Source of the DNA: Bacilli bacterium
Lineage (GTDB): Bacteria > Bacillota_I > Bacilli_A > RFN20 > CAG-288
Direction of reading: 5' to 3'
Assembly (NCBI GenBank): GCA_022652945.1
Contig: JALCRV010000003.1
Span: forward strand, 88,128-152,127
DNA: 64,000 bases
Positions within the stretch are counted from its first letter, which is position 1. Every line of letters starts with the position of its first letter. A program made the translations under genes and the position numbers. The notes under the pieces are model-generated. The model did not search any database. It saw nothing but the letters and a program-made list of their open reading frames with translations, and was not told the DNA's origin. Positions 60,900 through 64,000 of this stretch are shown here, piece after piece.

Positions 60900-63425
60900 A
60901 TGAAAAGAAAAGTTCTGCTTTCTGTTCTGACGACTTGTGGAATGCTTGTCGCCGGCTTAGCAGCTTGTGGCCAGACTGTAACTTCTAGTTCAGCTGCGGC
61001 TTCATCGGTTGCGTCTTCTGCCGCTTCGTCCGTTGTTGTTTCTTCAACCGCTTCATCCGCTCAATCTTCGGCTGTCGCTTCCTCATCCGCGGTCGCTTCT
61101 TCATCGGCCGTCGTTTCTTCTTCTCAGTCCTCAGCCGCTTCTTCGGTCGTTTCTTCGGAGAACCTGATTGATATACCGTTCTCCAAGGAAGCTGATTTGA
61201 CCGAAAAGACGATTTCTTATTGGGCTGGCACGAAGGTTACGGTCGCCAAAGCTAAGAAAGGCGACGTTACAGATGCCTTCGCTTATACCTCGACTACTGG
61301 AGCAAACTGGCTTTCCTTCCAGGTTCTTTACAAGAATTCCGATTTGGTTAACGGCAATGCTTATAAAGTTGCCTTTACGCTTAATTCTTCTGTCGAAGGT
61401 GATGTCACCATTAACGGTAAAGTCGTCCATATCGTAAGTGGGGATAACGCTATTAATCAAAAGTATGTCTGTGGCACCGATACCGGAGCTACGACAGGCT
61501 TGGCCTTAGTAATGGGCACGGAAGCTGGAGGATTTATCGCCTCGGCTGAATTCACCATCACGATGCCTACATGGACCGAGACCGATCTCCACGTCTACTC
61601 CCACGATGGGTGGAAGAACGCGATGGAGAATTCGTCTAACCCGTCTACGAAGAAGGGATATTATTTTGATGATTATGATACGAAAGGCGAGATCGTCGAA
61701 CACGGGAATACTTTGGAAAGAAGCAATTCCGTAGTCAGAACCGACGCCACCGTCGATGATTACTATTCAGTTGAGATGGATGCCCAGTCTGAAATGGGGA
61801 CTCCGGTCACTGAACTTATCCAAATCGGCCTTGTCGCTTGGTATCTAGATGATGCGAACTGGATTGAATTCTATTACGATTATCACGTTGATCAGAGACC
61901 TGATCAGATTTGGGGCTTCCATGTCACTGGTTATATCGATGGAAACCACGTCGGCTGGAACGATTTCTGGGGCGATCAGTCTCCTTACAAAGATTACAGC
62001 GCTGCTCCTAACCTGAAGAATCACTTCAAGGTTGATGTTGCGAAGATGCAGACCAAGACCGGCTACGCCAGATCTTACACTGCTTACTTCAACGGCAACC
62101 TTATCGGTTCAAGAACCTTCGCCACGAAGGAAAATGCGGCGACTTACGGAATCTGCTTCACCGGCGATACCATCACCGCTTCCAACATTACGTACACCAA
62201 GAACACTGAGCCGGAAAGACAATATTCTGTCGTTTATCCGGTTGGCGTTACTCCTACTTGGAAAGTCGAAGACGATAAATCTGTCACGGTCAGCAAAGTC
62301 GGCACCGATGGCTTCTTAGCCAACGCGGTCGGCTACGATGATCCGATGGCCCAAGGTGACTACACTGTTTCCACCACATTCAAAGGAACTCAGGCTTATC
62401 CGATGACTTATGAGCTCCAGTACGGAATCATGGCTTGGTACAAAGATAACAGCAACTTTGTCACTGTCTACCTCAGATGGTCTAGTGATGCTGGATTTGA
62501 ATCCACCTTACGTGAATGCCAGATTACCGGCTTCATCAATGGTGCCCATGTCGGCTGGAATTCTCGCTGGGCAGATCAGTCCTTCCCGAACATCTCTGAT
62601 GCGTCCATAGCTCCTAACGCTGCCATCAGCATGAAGGTCGTCAAGGTCGGTTCTACCTTCCAGGCTGTTGTTAACGGTGTTACGATGGGCGATCCGGTTG
62701 ACTTCTCCGCTTACGATGCCAATAAAGGCACGGCTACGGCGGTTGACTTCTCCGGCTTAGCCAAAGTCGGCTACTATGTCCACCAGAATGTCGCTGGTGC
62801 TACTGCCTCCGCTAACTTCTCTCCGATGAAAGTCGGTTTGGTCGGCGATACTTATTCGGTCTTGAATAAATCAGTTGTCCCGACTTGGAAAGCCGATGAC
62901 AATGACAATGTCGCGATGACGATGGGCTCCGATGGTTTCTTGGGCTGCTTCGTCTCCCCGACTAACAGAAAAGCCACTGGAGACTACACTGTTTCTTCCG
63001 TCATTACCGGCACCGCCGCTTATCCTCTGACTGCTGAGGTCCAGGAAGGTCTGTTATGCTGGTATGTCAACGAGAGCAACTATTTGGTTGCTTACATCAG
63101 ATGGGCTCCGGATGCTGGTTTCGAAAGTGCAGTCCGCAACCTTGAAATCACTGGCAAGGTCGGTGGAACCGATGTTGGCTGGCATGATTTCTGGGTCAGC
63201 ACCAACGGAACTGATGCCGCCTATGCCCCGACTGCCGCTATCACCTTCGCTATTAAGAAAGTCGGTTCGACTTTCCAGCCGTCTATCAACGGTGCGACCT
63301 TCGGTGATGCGGTTGACTTCGACTCTTACGATACTGGTAATACTCTGACTTGGGCTGAAAGTGTCAATGTCGGCTACTATGCTCACATGACTACTTGCAC
63401 TTTCGCTAAGCTTACTATCGCTTAA
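60900..63425 (+). CDS. Surface lipoprotein with a Ser/Ala-rich linker and three tandem ~200-aa domains of unknown family
   Basis: It has a lipobox 'LVAGLAAC' after 'MKRKVLLSVLTT', with the RBS GGGAGG before the ATG at 60900. Repeats start near 61570, 62220 and 62847 and share 'GDYTVS..YP.T.E.Q.G...WY...SN....Y.RW..DAGFES..R...ITG...G..VGW'. Confidence 0.75.
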   Translation: MKRKVLLSVLTTCGMLVAGLAACGQTVTSSSAAASSVASSAASSVVVSSTASSAQSSAVASSSAVASSSAVVSSSQSSAASSVVSSENLIDIPFSKEADLTEKTISYWAGTKVTVAKAKKGDVTDAFAYTSTTGANWLSFQVLYKNSDLVNGNAYKVAFTLNSSVEGDVTINGKVVHIVSGDNAINQKYVCGTDTGATTGLALVMGTEAGGFIASAEFTITMPTWTETDLHVYSHDGWKNAMENSSNPSTKKGYYFDDYDTKGEIVEHGNTLERSNSVVRTDATVDDYYSVEMDAQSEMGTPVTELIQIGLVAWYLDDANWIEFYYDYHVDQRPDQIWGFHVTGYIDGNHVGWNDFWGDQSPYKDYSAAPNLKNHFKVDVAKMQTKTGYARSYTAYFNGNLIGSRTFATKENAATYGICFTGDTITASNITYTKNTEPERQYSVVYPVGVTPTWKVEDDKSVTVSKVGTDGFLANAVGYDDPMAQGDYTVSTTFKGTQAYPMTYELQYGIMAWYKDNSNFVTVYLRWSSDAGFESTLRECQITGFINGAHVGWNSRWADQSFPNISDASIAPNAAISMKVVKVGSTFQAVVNGVTMGDPVDFSAYDANKGTATAVDFSGLAKVGYYVHQNVAGATASANFSPMKVGLVGDTYSVLNKSVVPTWKADDNDNVAMTMGSDGFLGCFVSPTNRKATGDYTVSSVITGTAAYPLTAEVQEGLLCWYVNESNYLVAYIRWAPDAGFESAVRNLEITGKVGGTDVGWHDFWVSTNGTDAAYAPTAAITFAIKKVGSTFQPSINGATFGDAVDFDSYDTGNTLTWAESVNVGYYAHMTTCTFAKLTIA
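60981..61160 (+). repeat. Coding low-complexity Ser/Ala/Val repeat (linker)
   Basis: It encodes 'TSSSAAASSVASSAASSVVVSSTASSAQSSAVASSSAVASSSAVVSSSQSSAASSVVSSE', with reiterated gcttc(n)tc DNA units. Confidence 0.8.
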
Positions 63426-63492
63426 TTCTTCTTCCGTAAATCCTTTCCAAAAGCGGCCGGGCTCAAAACCTAGCTGCTTTTTTTGTTCAAAG

Positions 63493-63518
63493 AAAAAGGC
63501 TCGGGAATGACCCGAGCC
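63493..63518 (-). terminator. Rho-independent terminator of the aldolase gene
   Basis: The minus strand reads GGCTCGGG-tcatt-CCCGAGCC followed by TTTTT. Confidence 0.8.
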
Positions 63519-63538
63519 GATAAGAACAGCGACAGCCT

Positions 63539-64000
63539 TTACTTTATTCCGTAGAAGACTCTGACGGTTCGATCAAGATCAGCGGCCATCGCTTTAGTGG
63601 CGGCGTCAGCAATATCGTGATAGAAGGTCAGATCCGGAGTCTCGGCGATAATCTTCTTAGCGGCCTTAACGCCCTCTAAGGACATATACGTATAGTAATT
63701 GATCTTCTCAATACCAGCAGCGATTGCCTTGATATAATCTTCCGGTGAAACACCTGAGCCGCCGTGCATGACCAGCGGAATCCCGACCGCAGCTCTGACA
63801 TTTTTGATAGTGTCGAAGCTGAGTTTAGGTTTGGTGTGGTAAATTCCGTGAACGGTGCCGAAGGCGCAGGCCAGGGCATCGATCTTGGTGTCGTTGACGA
63901 ATCTCTTGGCCAGTTCAGGTTTGGTATACATATCTTCCGGCTTCATCTTTGCGGAATCCCCCGGCAGTTCACGACCACCGATGATTCCGACTTCCGCTTC
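63539..64000 (-). CDS. Class II fructose/tagatose-bisphosphate aldolase, 5'-truncated by the window end
   Basis: It has 'ALACAFGTVHGIY' and 'PLVMHGGSGV'. The frame stays open past the annotated Met to nt 64000 ('EAEVGIIGG...'). Confidence 0.85.
   Translation of the reverse strand, partial: EAEVGIIGGRELPGDSAKMKPEDMYTKPELAKRFVNDTKIDALACAFGTVHGIYHTKPKLSFDTIKNVRAAVGIPLVMHGGSGVSPEDYIKAIAAGIEKINYYTYMSLEGVKAAKKIIAETPDLTFYHDIADAATKAMAADLDRTVRVFYGIK

Noticed and set aside
60981-61160. A CRISPR-like or other non-coding tandem repeat array. The Ser/Ala repeat DNA here and the K/E/P repeat DNA at 27715-27925 were considered.
   Set aside because: Both lie in frame within long ORFs and encode low-complexity linkers. 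There is no repeat-spacer periodicity and there are no cas genes in the window.

Overview
This is a 64 kb chromosomal window from an AT-rich, apparently monoderm (Firmicutes/Bacilli-like) bacterium. It uses the standard genetic code: TGA is used as a stop and there are ATGA overlaps. Gene density is high, and many genes have Shine-Dalgarno sites and rho-independent terminators.

Gene content in order:
1. 1-14.6 kb: an atypical type IV pilus / pseudopilus-like locus. It has four pilin-like N-termini, an A24 prepilin peptidase, PilC and PilB, and a separately promoted major pilin. These genes surround an ABC exporter and two very large membrane-anchored surface proteins (one with BspA-type LRRs, one with Big_2 plus beta-helix).
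2. 14.6-19.5 kb: a glycoside block with GH3, a GH1-like protein that lacks both catalytic Glu residues, and aldose 1-epimerase.
3. 19.5-21.2 kb: an orphan vsr gene next to a roughly 1.1 kb GC-rich foreign insert. The insert carries a 5'-truncated IS30-family transposase between imperfect inverted repeats.
4. 21.2-32.4 kb: mostly housekeeping genes. These are an M16C peptidase, guaA, a PfkB kinase, Fe-ADH, mntP, a MazG-like protein and a HAD protein.
5. 32.4-36.3 kb: a small accessory patch. It holds a 2-TM double-zinc-ribbon protein, a 35-aa ORF, an orphan ThsB-like TIR-domain protein, and an XRE / 53-aa ORF / acidic 7-repeat protein operon.
6. 36.5-38.7 kb: tex.
7. 39.0-52.5 kb: an AT-rich Wzx/Wzy-type glycan locus. 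It has three GT4 genes, a radical SAM/SPASM gene, Wzy, LicD, Wzx, two pyruvyl transferases, a CDP-ribitol-type cytidylyltransferase plus SDR, and rfbB.
8. 52.6-54.0 kb: a HigB-like toxin with a HigA-ImmA (HTH + HExxH) fusion.
9. 54.1-64 kb: Lrp plus an aminotransferase, DUF4432, a membrane protein plus a MalK-like ATPase, a GH51 arabinofuranosidase, a GC-richer lipoprotein with three tandem ~200-aa domains, and a partial class II aldolase.

I saw no rRNA, tRNA or CRISPR array. All functional calls rest on motif recognition by eye, with no database search, so family assignments are hypotheses of varying strength.

The best candidates for something new are the composite pilus/ABC/giant-protein locus and the orphan TIR protein with its adjacent XRE / small ORF / acidic-repeat operon.
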